From Escherichia coli (lineage in GTDB: Bacteria; Pseudomonadota; Gammaproteobacteria; Enterobacterales; Enterobacteriaceae), in assembly GCF_016903815.1 (NCBI RefSeq), contig NZ_CP069973.1: a stretch of DNA of 64,000 nt, one strand, 5' to 3'. A program made the translations under genes and the position numbers. The notes beneath the pieces were generated by a model that made no database searches, had not been told where the DNA came from, and worked only from the letters and a program-made list of their open reading frames with translations. This document shows positions 39,534 through 49,533 of the stretch, in pieces (position 1 is the first letter of the stretch; each line of letters begins with the position of its first letter).

Positions 39534-40841
39534 TCAGGCGCGTTTTGCGCGACGTTCAGCAATAAAGGTGACCAGGAAGAAAGCACCAATCAGGTCAAAG
39601 AAGCCCATGGCGATAAACAGGGGGTTAAAGCCGATTTTGTCAGCGGTAACCCCGATAATCAGGGAGAACAGGAAACTTGCGATCCACGCGGCAGAACCGC
39701 GCATGCCGTTAACAGTGGCCATCTGACCTTTGTCGAAGGATTCCACCACCAGTGCGCTCAGCATGCAGGAGATGATCTGGTGACCGAAGCCGCCGATGGA
39801 AATAAGGACGATGGCGATATACGGGTTATTGGTAAAGGCCATCACCGCCAGCGAAACCATCAGGAATGCGCCACTGACCGATGATGCGACAACGGAGTTC
39901 ACACGACTCAGCCCAAACAGGCGGGTGTAAAGTTTGGTCAGATAGCCGCTGGCAATACTGCCAAGATCAGCGGCGAGGAACGGCAACCAGGCGAATAATG
40001 CGATCTGCTTCAGGTCCATGCCATAGGTTTTGGACAGGTATAGCGGAACCCAGAAACTCATCACCGCCCACGCCGGTTCTGCCATAAAGGCCGGGATAGC
40101 GATACCGTAAAAGCGTTTATTTTTGCCTACGGTTTTCAGTGCGGTCAGAAAGGGTAACTTGACAGGGGGCGCTTCGTTATCCTGGCGGATAAAGTCCAGC
40201 TCGGCTTTGCTGAGGTTAGGATGCTTATCCGGGTTGTGATAGAACGCCCACCACAGCACCACCCACAGCATCGCCAGGATGCCAGTGAACATAAATGCAC
40301 CCTGCCAGCCGAATGAAGCGTGGGCAAAATAGATAATCGGTGGGGCCAGCATGGCACCGATGGAAAAACCGACGCCTGCCCAGCCTGCGGCGATCGGGCG
40401 TTCTGATTTTGGAAACCATTCACCGATGGTTTTGGCGTTTGCTGGGGTTGCCGCGGCTTCCGCACCGCCCATAAAGAAGCGCAACAGCGCCAGATGTACC
40501 CAGTTTCCCGCCCCCGCATGCATCAGACAGGCCAGCGCCCACAGTCCCGCGCAGATCATAAAGCCCAGTTTGAGGCCAATGACGTCAATCAGCCATCCAC
40601 ACAACGGTTGGAATAGGGTATAGGCGAGCTGGAAAGCACCTACAATCCAGGAATATTGTTCGGTGGTAATCCCCAGGTTGCTTTTCAGTTCGGGGGCGAG
40701 AATACCCAGCGAGTTACGCGTGATGTAGTTGACAGTAACACCGAGCAAAAAAAGGACCAGTATCCACCAACGCAGATTTTTGACGATATGGCGCGGTTTA
40801 CTGGCAGTCATATCGTTATTGATACCCTGACTCATATGCAC
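39534..40841 (-). CDS. MFS transporter, anion:cation symporter (ACS) family, ExuT/GudP-like
   Basis: 435 aa, about 12 TM helices; clear similarity to hexuronate transporter ExuT as recalled (…NYITRNSLGILAPEL…EQYSWIVGAF…GFGHQ…); annotated start is GTG at 40841 with an ATG two codons downstream. Confidence 0.75.
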   Translation of the reverse strand: MHMSQGINNDMTASKPRHIVKNLRWWILVLFLLGVTVNYITRNSLGILAPELKSNLGITTEQYSWIVGAFQLAYTLFQPLCGWLIDVIGLKLGFMICAGLWALACLMHAGAGNWVHLALLRFFMGGAEAAATPANAKTIGEWFPKSERPIAAGWAGVGFSIGAMLAPPIIYFAHASFGWQGAFMFTGILAMLWVVLWWAFYHNPDKHPNLSKAELDFIRQDNEAPPVKLPFLTALKTVGKNKRFYGIAIPAFMAEPAWAVMSFWVPLYLSKTYGMDLKQIALFAWLPFLAADLGSIASGYLTKLYTRLFGLSRVNSVVASSVSGAFLMVSLAVMAFTNNPYIAIVLISIGGFGHQIISCMLSALVVESFDKGQMATVNGMRGSAAWIASFLFSLIIGVTADKIGFNPLFIAMGFFDLIGAFFLVTFIAERRAKRA

Positions 40842-40863
40842 TCCACAGAATGGTATAGGGTTT

Positions 40864-40894
40864 GTGTGGCAACGTCAGAATGGAGTTGTCACAC
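40864..40894. promoter_or_regulatory. imperfect inverted repeat gtgtgGcaac-N11-gttgtCacac in the divergent MFS/LacI promoter region (candidate operator)
   Basis: 9 of 10 bp arm complementarity read in sequence, 23 bp upstream of the MFS start. Confidence 0.3.
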
Positions 40895-41129
40895 CACTTT
40901 TAACTTTTTGATAAATAAAGTCTTTATTGTTCGTTTTTCCATTATTTTTGTATGGAAGTTGTTCTACCAATTCACAGTAAGAGACCCTAAAAGCGAAAGA
41001 AAGCGGGTTTTGTGCACGTTTTTCCATGAGTGACTGATATACATTACTGAAATGGATTTAATGCCAGACAGAATGGGCTTTTTTGCTCATGAAAATTCTG
41101 TCATTTCCGAATTAGAGGCAGATCACAAA

Positions 41130-42233
41130 ATGGACAAGAAGCTGAAAATCGCCGATATCGCCGCACGTACCGGGCTATCGCCGAGTACGGTTTCGCGGGT
41201 GCTGGCTGGCAAAGCGAATACCAGTGCACGCGCTCGCGAACAGGTGCTGGCCTGCGCGCGTGAGTTGGGCGTGATGGATGGCATGGCAGCAGGTCGTATG
41301 TTGCTGAACAACCTGATTATTTTCGCGCCGCAACGCGCTTTTGACCAACGATCTGATATCTTTTATTACCGTGTGATCCAGAGCATCAGCAAAGCGTTAT
41401 CGCCGCATGAAGTGCGGCTGCGTTACTGCGCGCTGGAGGAGTTTGACAGCGATCCCGCGCTATTTCTCTCGCGGATGAATGAAGCAGATACGCAGGCGGC
41501 GATCCTGCTGGGGATTGACGATCCGCACATCCATGATCTGGCCGCCGATCTCGCTAAGCCTTGTGTGCTGATCAACTGCCGTGATGAACGAATGCGCCTC
41601 CCGGCGATTGCGCCGGACCATCGGTTAATTGGCGCGTTCGCCGCCCGCTATCTGTTTGAAATGGGTCACCGGGAGGTGATGAATGTGATGTGCCTGCGCC
41701 GCTACACTATGGAGCAGCGGTTTGCAGGGATTAAAGAATCATGGCGTCAGCATAATCTGGCCTTTCACCATGACCGTCATTTGCTGAATATCAGCAGTTT
41801 TAGCGCTAAAGAAGCGGAAGAAAAGGTCGGAGCGTGGCTGGATGCCGCCAATGGCAAGACGTTGCCGACGGCGTTTCTGGTCGGCGGGGATTTTATGGCG
41901 GCGGGAACGGTAAATGCGCTACATCGTCGTGGTCTGCGCGTACCACAGGATGTCTCGGTGATGAGTATCGACGGCTTTAACCTTGCGGCAATCGAGGATG
42001 TTCCCCTGACGGCTGTGCATGTGCCACGCGATGAGCTAGGCAATGAAGCGGTGCAAATGTTGCAACAGCGGCTGATTCGCCCGGATGCTCCGGTGGGCTC
42101 GCTGCTGCTGCACGGACGATTGGCGGTGCGGGAGTCAGTGCGGCGGGTTCGCCCAGGAAAAGGGAACACCGCCGTGGAACGGGAAGGGCTGTACGACACT
42201 CAGCTGTCGATTCCCAACGCTCGCTTACCGTGA
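41130..42233 (+). CDS. LacI/GalR-family transcriptional regulator
   Basis: ORF 41052..42233; start placed at MDKKLKIADIAARTGLSPSTVSRVLAG (canonical LacI HTH), 367 aa; periplasmic-binding-protein-like effector domain; 3' end overlaps the ybiU 3' end. Confidence 0.8.
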   Translation: MDKKLKIADIAARTGLSPSTVSRVLAGKANTSARAREQVLACARELGVMDGMAAGRMLLNNLIIFAPQRAFDQRSDIFYYRVIQSISKALSPHEVRLRYCALEEFDSDPALFLSRMNEADTQAAILLGIDDPHIHDLAADLAKPCVLINCRDERMRLPAIAPDHRLIGAFAARYLFEMGHREVMNVMCLRRYTMEQRFAGIKESWRQHNLAFHHDRHLLNISSFSAKEAEEKVGAWLDAANGKTLPTAFLVGGDFMAAGTVNALHRRGLRVPQDVSVMSIDGFNLAAIEDVPLTAVHVPRDELGNEAVQMLQQRLIRPDAPVGSLLLHGRLAVRESVRRVRPGKGNTAVEREGLYDTQLSIPNARLP

Positions 42234-43465
42234 ATGTTGAGGTCGGCAAGCGTAAAGCGTCCTTCCCAGTTTGTTTCATAGTCCTCGCGCGGGAAGTCGC
42301 CCGGCGATGCGCCTTTTTCCAGTGCGGCCTTCACCTTGTGCGCGTAGGCAAGATTTTTCTCGCACATCGGTGCCGCAGGAATGTACATCACGTTGCCCCA
42401 GCCCTGTTGATTTTCAACGGGGGCAACGGAATGGATGACGTCGCAGTGCCACCAGACGGAGTCTCCGGCTTCGAGTTTTGGAATGCTGGTTAACGCCTCA
42501 ATCAACAGTGGATGCCATTGCTCTGATACCGGCAATACTCTTCCGGGCGCTACGCCGCACAGTTCATCCTCCGGCACATCATCAAGCAGCGGACGTAACA
42601 GTACGTACGCCATGGCTTCAGGAATGGGCACGACGTGCAGCAGCCCCTGACCAGGCAGCATATCAGAGAGCGCTGTCCAGCCCTGGAATGTCCGAAACAC
42701 GGAACATTTGGTGGTGTTGTCCACCGTGTACTCTTCAACTTCCGTACGATGTGCCGCATGCCAGGGATCGTATTTCGCCAGATTGCCATTAAAGACGTTG
42801 GCGAAAACGTGCTGATACGCTGGAAGCAGCCAGCGTTCCAGCGCCCCGGAGTCGGTATGCGCTCCAAGACCTTTGGAGGTCGTTCCGGGCGGACGGCGGC
42901 GGATACGGTCAGGGTAGATGACGCTCACATCCGGGTTAAACCATTGCTTTCCATCACTTTCAAATGTCCACAGACGATTGAGAAACGACTGCACATTCGC
43001 CATTTCTTCACTCTGGCGGGCCTGCATTTGCGCCTGCGACCAGTAGATGGGGTAAATCTCGGGACGTGAAGCGCTGAGCGTCCCGAAGAAATTATCGCCG
43101 GGGCCTTTGTAGACCTCGTCAAAGCGGTTGCGGTCCAGATAGTCCAGCATCGACTGATCCCAGCCTAGCGCTTGTTCGCGGGGGAAATGGCCTTTTATCA
43201 CCGCACAACCGCGACGTTTAATCTGTTCGCGCTGCTCTGCAGTAACATGACCTGCTTTGATATCGGCATAAGACAGCACCGGCCAGACGGCATCGCCCTG
43301 TGCTTTGAGTGCGTTGATTTCAGCCACTCGCGTGGCAATGTCATCGCTTAGCTGATTAAAGATCTGCTGGACGTCGCCAAGCTGCGCCCGCAGCGCGTGC
43401 TTCATCTGACGGATAGCTGCTTTGTGATCGGCAGGCAATGTGTCGCTGGTAAAAGTAGAAGCCAT
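42200..43465 (-). CDS. ybiU: DUF1479-family protein YbiU
   Basis: ORF 42200..43471; start placed at the ATG giving MASTFTSDTLPADHK (421 aa). Confidence 0.85.
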   Translation of the reverse strand: MASTFTSDTLPADHKAAIRQMKHALRAQLGDVQQIFNQLSDDIATRVAEINALKAQGDAVWPVLSYADIKAGHVTAEQREQIKRRGCAVIKGHFPREQALGWDQSMLDYLDRNRFDEVYKGPGDNFFGTLSASRPEIYPIYWSQAQMQARQSEEMANVQSFLNRLWTFESDGKQWFNPDVSVIYPDRIRRRPPGTTSKGLGAHTDSGALERWLLPAYQHVFANVFNGNLAKYDPWHAAHRTEVEEYTVDNTTKCSVFRTFQGWTALSDMLPGQGLLHVVPIPEAMAYVLLRPLLDDVPEDELCGVAPGRVLPVSEQWHPLLIEALTSIPKLEAGDSVWWHCDVIHSVAPVENQQGWGNVMYIPAAPMCEKNLAYAHKVKAALEKGASPGDFPREDYETNWEGRFTLADLNIHGKRALGIDS

Positions 43466-43481
43466 AACCACCTCGCATTAA

Positions 43482-43494
43482 CTTTCATTCGAAA
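43482..43494 (-). promoter_or_regulatory. conserved 13-mer TTTCGAATGAAAG, copy A (ybiU 5' region)
   Basis: Exact 13-mer on the minus strand, 16 nt upstream of the ybiU ATG; identical copies at 44503..44515 and 47951..47963. Confidence 0.4.
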
Positions 43495-43583
43495 CTATAA
43501 TGATTTGCATGTGACAATATAAGTTATAAATAAGTTAATGCAAGTTTAATGATTTGATGTGATGTACAGGATGTAAAAAGAAG

Positions 43584-43608
43584 GGAAAACCGGAGCGCAT
43601 GGCTCCGG
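43584..43608 (-). terminator. rho-independent terminator after ybiV
   Basis: Minus-strand ccggagccatgcgctccgg hairpin followed by ttttccc. Confidence 0.6.
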
Positions 43609-43616
43609 TAGAGAGG

Positions 43617-44432
43617 TCAGCTGTTAAAAGGGGATGTGTTATCCAGCACAGCCTGAATCACGTTCAGCGCGCCTTCATGATTATTATCATCGGTAGCGTA
43701 ACGGGCGATTTGTTTAATGTTTTCCGCAGCATTGCCCATCGCAAAGGAATAACGCGCCATTTTCAGCATCTCCGCATCGTTACCGCTGTCGCCAATCGCT
43801 ACCACATTTTGCGGCGACAGATCCCAGCGTTTCAGTAACCGCGAAATACCATTCGCTTTATGCAGGCCAGGAATAATCAGGTCGATAAAGCCAAAACCAC
43901 TGGTGACGGGTTTCATAATGCCATCCAGCGCTATGTGCAGTTTGTCGATCACTAACGGGATTTGTTCATCCGGCAGGTTGAGCGAAAACTTGAACAGTAC
44001 GTCGTCAATCTCCTGATAATCTTTTACAGGTTTCAGGCGATGGTAGTGTTTTGCCATCAGTGCGACAAATGCTTCAGGGGCATTTTCGCTGACATATGCA
44101 CTTTGCAGACCGCAGGCGACAAAATTGAGTTGCTTATCTTTTAGCAACTCGCCAATCACAATCCGCGATTCATGTCGGGTCAGTTCGCCGTGGAACAACT
44201 GCTTGCCATGTTCGTAAACCAGTGCGCCGTTTTCCGCGACAAAAGAGATCTCATCCTTTAGCTCAGGAAAGAACGAAATAAGCTGGTAATACTGATTACC
44301 GCTAGCGACAACGAACTCAATGCCGCGCTTTTTCAGTTCCTGATATTGCGCCATAAAACGTGGTTGGTTGTACGTTTTGGCGTCGTTAAGAAAAGTACCG
44401 TCCATGTCTGTGACGATAACTTTTACGCTCAT
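43617..44432 (-). CDS. ybiV: HAD-superfamily (Cof-type) sugar phosphatase YbiV
   Basis: 271 aa with N-terminal DxDGT motif ([13 protein letters not shown]). Confidence 0.9.
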   Translation of the reverse strand: MSVKVIVTDMDGTFLNDAKTYNQPRFMAQYQELKKRGIEFVVASGNQYYQLISFFPELKDEISFVAENGALVYEHGKQLFHGELTRHESRIVIGELLKDKQLNFVACGLQSAYVSENAPEAFVALMAKHYHRLKPVKDYQEIDDVLFKFSLNLPDEQIPLVIDKLHIALDGIMKPVTSGFGFIDLIIPGLHKANGISRLLKRWDLSPQNVVAIGDSGNDAEMLKMARYSFAMGNAAENIKQIARYATDDNNHEGALNVIQAVLDNTSPFNS

Positions 44433-44502
44433 AGGTGTGCTCCTGGCTCGAAAATGAAACCGTAACAGTGTAATAACAATGTGACGCAGAGCACAAATTA
44501 TA

Positions 44503-44515
44503 TTTCGAATGAAAG
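44503..44515 (+). promoter_or_regulatory. conserved 13-mer TTTCGAATGAAAG, copy B (ybiV upstream / ybiW downstream)
   Basis: Exact 13-mer about 70 bp upstream of the ybiV start; preceded by attata, as copy A is by ttatag. Confidence 0.4.
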
Positions 44516-44577
44516 CGAGGCTGAAATTGATGATGTGAATGATTTGGCCCGGCGACGCCGCCGCCGGGCTGAGGGGA

Positions 44578-47010
44578 TTACAGCATATGTTCAGTACGGG
44601 CGATGATATCGTCCTGTGCGTCTGGAGAGAGCGCGGTGAAGAAGGCGGAATAGCCCGCGACGCGCACTACCAGATCGCGATACTGATCGGGATGTTTTTT
44701 CGCCTCCAGCAGCGTTTCGCGGGAAACGATGTTGTACTGAATATGCCAGCCTTTATGCACCTCGAAGAAGGTGCGCAGCAGGATCATCAGTTTCTGCTTG
44801 TCAGATTCGTTCTCCAGTGTTGCTGGATTCAGTTTCTGGTTGAGCAACACGCCGCCGAGAATCGCTGCCGTAGGCAGTTTACCCACCGAGCCAATGACCG
44901 CAGTAGGGCCAAGATGATCAGTACCGGAAGCCGGGCTTGCGCCTTCTGCCAGCGGGGTGTGGGCTTTACGCCCGTCCGGTGTTGCCATAGTCTGCGCGCC
45001 AAACGGTACGTTAGCGGAGATAGACGACGTACCCGCGTAATAGTTGCCGCCAACCGGACCACGACCGTAGCGTGGGTTATGGTACTGTTTCAGTTCGTCG
45101 ATATAGGTCTGATAAGCGCGAGCCAGCAGCGTATCGACGGTATCATCGTCGTTGCCGTACTTCGGCGCACCGTTAATCAGCCGCTGACGCAGTTGCTCAT
45201 GAGTCAGGCCATCGAAGTCATCCGCCAGTGCGGCAGCCAGCTGTTGCTGACCAATCGCGCCCTGTTCAAACACCAGTTTCCTCACTGCCGCCAGGCTGTT
45301 GCCGAGGTTGGCAATGCCGACCTGCAGGCCAGAAACCCAGTCATATTTCGCGCCGCCTTGCTTGATACTTTTTGCTCGCTCAATACAGTCATCCACCAGC
45401 GCCGAGCAGAGAATATCGTGCACATTCTCCTCCAGCATGGTGTCAACGACATATTCGATTTCGATTGATTTGCGGGTGTAGTAACGGATTTGCGTGTCCC
45501 ACGCGTCCATTACTTCATCGAAATTGTTAAAGTTCCCTGCCGACAACGCTTTTTCTTGTGGCAGGAACACTTTGCCGCTGGTGGCATCACGACCGCCTTC
45601 CAGCGCCGCCAGCATCACACGGGCGAAGTTGATAAAGCTCATGCCGGTACAGCGATAGCCCCATTTGCCACCGACGGCGGTTTCGATACAACCAATCGCT
45701 GCATAGTCGTAAGCGTCCTGCGGTTCAATACCGAGTTTAATAAATTCCGGGATCACGATTTCGTCGTTGTTGAACGCCGGCATCCCGAAGCCGCAACGGA
45801 TCACCTGTACGCAGGCGTCGAGGAAATCGTTGCTCATTCCTGCATGGTAACGCACGCTGAGGTTAGGCTGAGTGGAACGCAGGCGACCGCAGGATTCGAG
45901 GATCGCGTAAGAGAGTGGATTCACCGCGTCCATTGGTTGACCATCAACCAGATTTTGTCCGCCAATGGTGACGTTCTGATACAGCGGACTTCCCGCAGAG
46001 GCTTTCGAGTGCGAGCCGGAGCGGATTTTGTTCACTTCCAGCAGTTTCAACCAGCAGCTATGCAGCATCTCGATGGCGTGTTCACGATCCAGCGTCTGGT
46101 TGAGTTCAACGTCGCGACGATAATACGGGTACAGATACTGGTCCATACGACCAAAAGATACTGAGTGACCGTTAGATTCGATCTGCAAAATCAACTGGAT
46201 GAAGTAACACAGTTGCAGCGCCTGCCAGAAAGTCTGCGGCGGCTGGTGGGCGATAAGATCGCAGTTTTCTGCCATCGCCAGCAGTTCATCGCGACGGCTT
46301 TCGCGGGTTTCGGTCGCGGCCATTTCACGCGCCAGGGCAGCGAAACGTTCAATGTGTTCACTGACTGCCACCAGCACGATATCAATCGCTTTCAGGAACT
46401 GCTCGCCATGTAAATCTTCCAGCACCGTCAGGTTGATGCGCGAGCGACGTTCCGCTACTTTCTCGCGCAGACCATCAAGACCTTTTTCCAGCAGTAGCGG
46501 GAAATTCACCGCCAGGTGCGCATCGCCGGAGGTCATATTGCCTTCCGCTTTAATGATTCCGGTCGCCAGCAGACCTTTTTGCTCATCGGTAAACATGCCG
46601 TAGCAGCGATCCTGTACCGTCTGACCGCGCCACCAAGGGCACACTTCATGCAGAACACGTTTGTTCTCTTCGCTCACCGCAAAGCCAGCACCGGGACGAT
46701 CTGCCAGATCATCAATCTCTTTTTCGATCCAGGAGACGGTATATTCCGGGAAGATCGGCGCGGCGCGAACTTCGCTTGCCTGGTTGCCAATGATCAACTC
46801 ATCGTGCTTGATCCAGATGGTGCGATTCGCCAGGTGATGCGCCAGCGCCAGCGCGCGACGTACCGGGATCGGCTTATCGAGATGTTGTTGATACATCTCA
46901 GTATAGTGCTGCGCGCGCTCGGTACAGACCGGCGGTTTCACAATATGCACCAGCGCATTTTTGTGCGCTTTAATGCGATCGCTGAGCGTGTCCAGTTTCA
47001 GTGTGGTCAT
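44578..47010 (-). CDS. ybiW: glycyl radical enzyme YbiW (PflF), pyruvate formate-lyase-like; substrate not established
   Basis: 810 aa; C-terminal glycyl-radical motif RVAGYSA present. Confidence 0.92.
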   Translation of the reverse strand: MTTLKLDTLSDRIKAHKNALVHIVKPPVCTERAQHYTEMYQQHLDKPIPVRRALALAHHLANRTIWIKHDELIIGNQASEVRAAPIFPEYTVSWIEKEIDDLADRPGAGFAVSEENKRVLHEVCPWWRGQTVQDRCYGMFTDEQKGLLATGIIKAEGNMTSGDAHLAVNFPLLLEKGLDGLREKVAERRSRINLTVLEDLHGEQFLKAIDIVLVAVSEHIERFAALAREMAATETRESRRDELLAMAENCDLIAHQPPQTFWQALQLCYFIQLILQIESNGHSVSFGRMDQYLYPYYRRDVELNQTLDREHAIEMLHSCWLKLLEVNKIRSGSHSKASAGSPLYQNVTIGGQNLVDGQPMDAVNPLSYAILESCGRLRSTQPNLSVRYHAGMSNDFLDACVQVIRCGFGMPAFNNDEIVIPEFIKLGIEPQDAYDYAAIGCIETAVGGKWGYRCTGMSFINFARVMLAALEGGRDATSGKVFLPQEKALSAGNFNNFDEVMDAWDTQIRYYTRKSIEIEYVVDTMLEENVHDILCSALVDDCIERAKSIKQGGAKYDWVSGLQVGIANLGNSLAAVRKLVFEQGAIGQQQLAAALADDFDGLTHEQLRQRLINGAPKYGNDDDTVDTLLARAYQTYIDELKQYHNPRYGRGPVGGNYYAGTSSISANVPFGAQTMATPDGRKAHTPLAEGASPASGTDHLGPTAVIGSVGKLPTAAILGGVLLNQKLNPATLENESDKQKLMILLRTFFEVHKGWHIQYNIVSRETLLEAKKHPDQYRDLVVRVAGYSAFFTALSPDAQDDIIARTEHML

Positions 47011-47015
47011 GGTTG

Positions 47016-47915
47016 TTATCCTCGTAAGGTCGCGGTTAACCCTTTCTGGCAGGCATACTGCTGGGCAAAGTCGAGCAGTTCTGGCGCATCAAGCGGTTGT
47101 TCCGGGGCGTCATAGGGCAGATTAAGTAAGTGATATTTGTTGATGCCCAGCGTGTGGTAGGGCAGGAAATGAATTTCGCTAACGTGCAGCTCGTCGGCGG
47201 CAAAATCGGTAATGGCTTTTACAGAGGTTTCGTCGGCATTAAAGCCCTGAATCAGCGGCACGCGGATAATGATTTTTTTGCCCGCTGCGGCGAGTTTTTT
47301 CAGGTTATCCAGCACTCTGGCGGCGTTACCGTCGGTCCACTGTTTAAACGGCGCGTCGGCAACGTGTTTTAAATCGGCAAGAAACAGATCGATATAGGGC
47401 AGAGAAGGGGCGATATATTTCCACGGCACATGCAGACAAGTTTCTACCGCAGTATGAATGCCGGCCTCGTGGCTGGCTTGCAGCAGCGCCGTCGCCATTT
47501 CCGGCTGCATGAATGGTTCACCGCCGGAAAGCGTTAAGCCGCCGCCGCTGCGATCGTAAAACGGTTTATCCCGCAAAACGGTCGCCATGATCTCCTCAAC
47601 GCTTTTCACTTCACCACACACGGTTAACGCCTGTGTCGGACAGCAGTCGGTTAACGCCGTCAGATGCTCCGGGGTTAACTTTTCCCGATGAATAAGCAAA
47701 CCATTCAGCGCGCGCTCAATCACGTCCGGCGCGGTCTTAGCGCACAGCTCACAGCCTTCCAGGCACAGACGTGGGTCATACAGCAGATCCTGCGTGCGGG
47801 CGCGGCTTTCCGGGTTCTGACACCAGCGGCAGCCCAGCGAACAGCCTTTAAGAAATACGACCGTGCGGATACCGGGGCCATCATGGGTCGAGTAGCGTTG
47901 AATATTGAAAATCAT
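47016..47915 (-). CDS. ybiY: glycyl-radical-enzyme activating enzyme YbiY (PflE), radical SAM
   Basis: ORF 47016..47942; start placed at [15 protein letters not shown] (299 aa) with SD gagagg; CxxxCxxC cluster motif (GCSLGCRWC). Confidence 0.88.
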   Translation of the reverse strand: MIFNIQRYSTHDGPGIRTVVFLKGCSLGCRWCQNPESRARTQDLLYDPRLCLEGCELCAKTAPDVIERALNGLLIHREKLTPEHLTALTDCCPTQALTVCGEVKSVEEIMATVLRDKPFYDRSGGGLTLSGGEPFMQPEMATALLQASHEAGIHTAVETCLHVPWKYIAPSLPYIDLFLADLKHVADAPFKQWTDGNAARVLDNLKKLAAAGKKIIIRVPLIQGFNADETSVKAITDFAADELHVSEIHFLPYHTLGINKYHLLNLPYDAPEQPLDAPELLDFAQQYACQKGLTATLRG

Positions 47916-47950
47916 AGTTGCCTCTCTGTTTCGTTCAAACATTAAAATAC

Positions 47951-47963
47951 TTTCGAATGAAAG
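47951..47963 (+). promoter_or_regulatory. conserved 13-mer TTTCGAATGAAAG, copy C (divergent ybiY / fsaA promoter region)
   Basis: Exact 13-mer 36 nt upstream of the ybiY ATG and 83 nt upstream of the fsaA ATG. Confidence 0.4.
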
Positions 47964-48045
47964 TTAGATTGATGTGCGTCAACTGTTCAGAGAGTTTTCC
48001 CGTGATAGTCTACATTCAGACAAAAAGTACATTTTGAGGATGGTT

Positions 48046-48708
48046 ATGGAACTGTATCTGGATACTTCAGACGTTGTTGCGGTGAAGGCGCTGTCACGTA
48101 TTTTTCCGCTGGCGGGTGTGACCACTAACCCAAGCATTATCGCAGCGGGTAAAAAACCGCTGGAGGTTGTGCTTCCGCAACTTCACGAGGCGATGGACGG
48201 TCAGGGGCGTCTGTTTGCCCAGGTAATGGCTACCACTGCTGAAGGGATGGTGAATGACGCACGTAAATTGCGTTCTATTATTGCGGATATCGTGGTGAAA
48301 GTTCCGGTGACCGCTGAGGGGCTGGCAGCGATTAAGATGTTAAAAGCGGAAGGGATTCCGACGCTGGGAACCGCGGTATATGGCGCAGCACAAGGGCTAC
48401 TGTCGGCGCTGGCAGGTGCGGAATATGTTGCGCCTTACGTTAATCGTATTGATGCTCAGGGCGGTAGCGGTATTCAGACTGTGACCGACTTACACCAGTT
48501 ATTGAAAATGCATGCGCCGCAGGCGAAAGTGTTAGCCGCGAGTTTTAAAACCCCGCGTCAGGCGCTGGACTGCTTACTGGCAGGGTGTGAATCAATTACT
48601 CTGCCGCTGGATGTGGCACAACAGATGATTAGCTATCCGGCGGTTGATGCCGCTGTGGCGAAGTTTGAGCAGGACTGGCAGGGAGCGTTTGGCAGAACGT
48701 CGATTTAA
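48046..48708 (+). CDS. fsaA: fructose-6-phosphate aldolase 1
   Basis: ORF 47974..48708; start placed at [16 protein letters not shown] (220 aa); transaldolase-like fold. Confidence 0.92.
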   Translation: MELYLDTSDVVAVKALSRIFPLAGVTTNPSIIAAGKKPLEVVLPQLHEAMDGQGRLFAQVMATTAEGMVNDARKLRSIIADIVVKVPVTAEGLAAIKMLKAEGIPTLGTAVYGAAQGLLSALAGAEYVAPYVNRIDAQGGSGIQTVTDLHQLLKMHAPQAKVLAASFKTPRQALDCLLAGCESITLPLDVAQQMISYPAVDAAVAKFEQDWQGAFGRTSI

Positions 48709-48783
48709 CCGGACGTTCTGCATCCTCATAAATTGCTGATGACGTGGCGGAGTGCCGCGTCTTATCTGGCCTGGAGGTGGCAG

Positions 48784-49533
48784 TTACTGCCCGCACACCT
48801 CACACCCCGGATTGCGCATCAGTTTCATTTCGCGAAACTGACAGGTCATCGCATCGTACATCACGATTTTCCCGCTGGCTGGTTTGCCATAACCTGCCAG
48901 CAGTTTGATTGCTTCCATTGCCTGCAACGAACCAATTACGCCGATTAACGGTGCCATCACGCCTGCTTCTACGCAGGTTAACGCGTTCTCGCCAAACAAA
49001 CGGCTGAGGCAGCGATAGCAAGGCTCGCCGTCCTGATAAGTGAAGACCGTGATTTGACCTTCCATACGAATTGCCGCGCCGGAAACCAGCGGCACCTTCG
49101 CGGCAAAACAGCCTGCGTTCAGTTGATTACGTACCGCAACGTTATCCGTACAGTCGAGCACCAGATCGTGTTTTGCAATCATCGCAGCAAGTTCAGCGTC
49201 ATCAAGCAGCGCATTGACTGGCGTAATCGCGATATGTGGGTTGATCCGCGTCAGGGCGTCACGGGCGGATTCCACCTTCGGTTGCCCGACCGTGGCATCG
49301 CTGTGCAGCGTCTGGCGTTGCAGATTCGAGAGCGAAACCGTGTCGAAGTCGAGCAGCGTCAGGTTGCCGACACCGGCGCTTGCCAGATACTGCGAAGCTG
49401 CACAGCCGAGTCCACCGAGGCCGACGATCAGCACACGAGAATCTTTTAGCGCCTCCTGACCGTCAAAATCAAAACCGCGCAGAATGATTTGCCGGTTGTA
49501 GCGCAGCATCTCCTGATCGCTGAGTTCCGCCAT
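48784..49533 (-). CDS. moeB: molybdopterin-synthase adenylyltransferase MoeB
   Basis: 249 aa with ThiF/MoeB nucleotide-binding motif (GLGGLGC) and C-terminal Cys pairs. Confidence 0.93.
   Translation of the reverse strand: MAELSDQEMLRYNRQIILRGFDFDGQEALKDSRVLIVGLGGLGCAASQYLASAGVGNLTLLDFDTVSLSNLQRQTLHSDATVGQPKVESARDALTRINPHIAITPVNALLDDAELAAMIAKHDLVLDCTDNVAVRNQLNAGCFAAKVPLVSGAAIRMEGQITVFTYQDGEPCYRCLSRLFGENALTCVEAGVMAPLIGVIGSLQAMEAIKLLAGYGKPASGKIVMYDAMTCQFREMKLMRNPGCEVCGQ

Noticed and set aside
40864-40894. CRP site in the MFS/LacI intergenic dyad
   Set aside because: Spacing and half-sites do not fit TGTGA-N6-TCACA; only one TCACA-like half is present
44539-45468. 309-aa ORF on the plus strand
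   Set aside because: Antisense within ybiW, whose identity is strongly supported by the glycyl-radical motif; no independent signals
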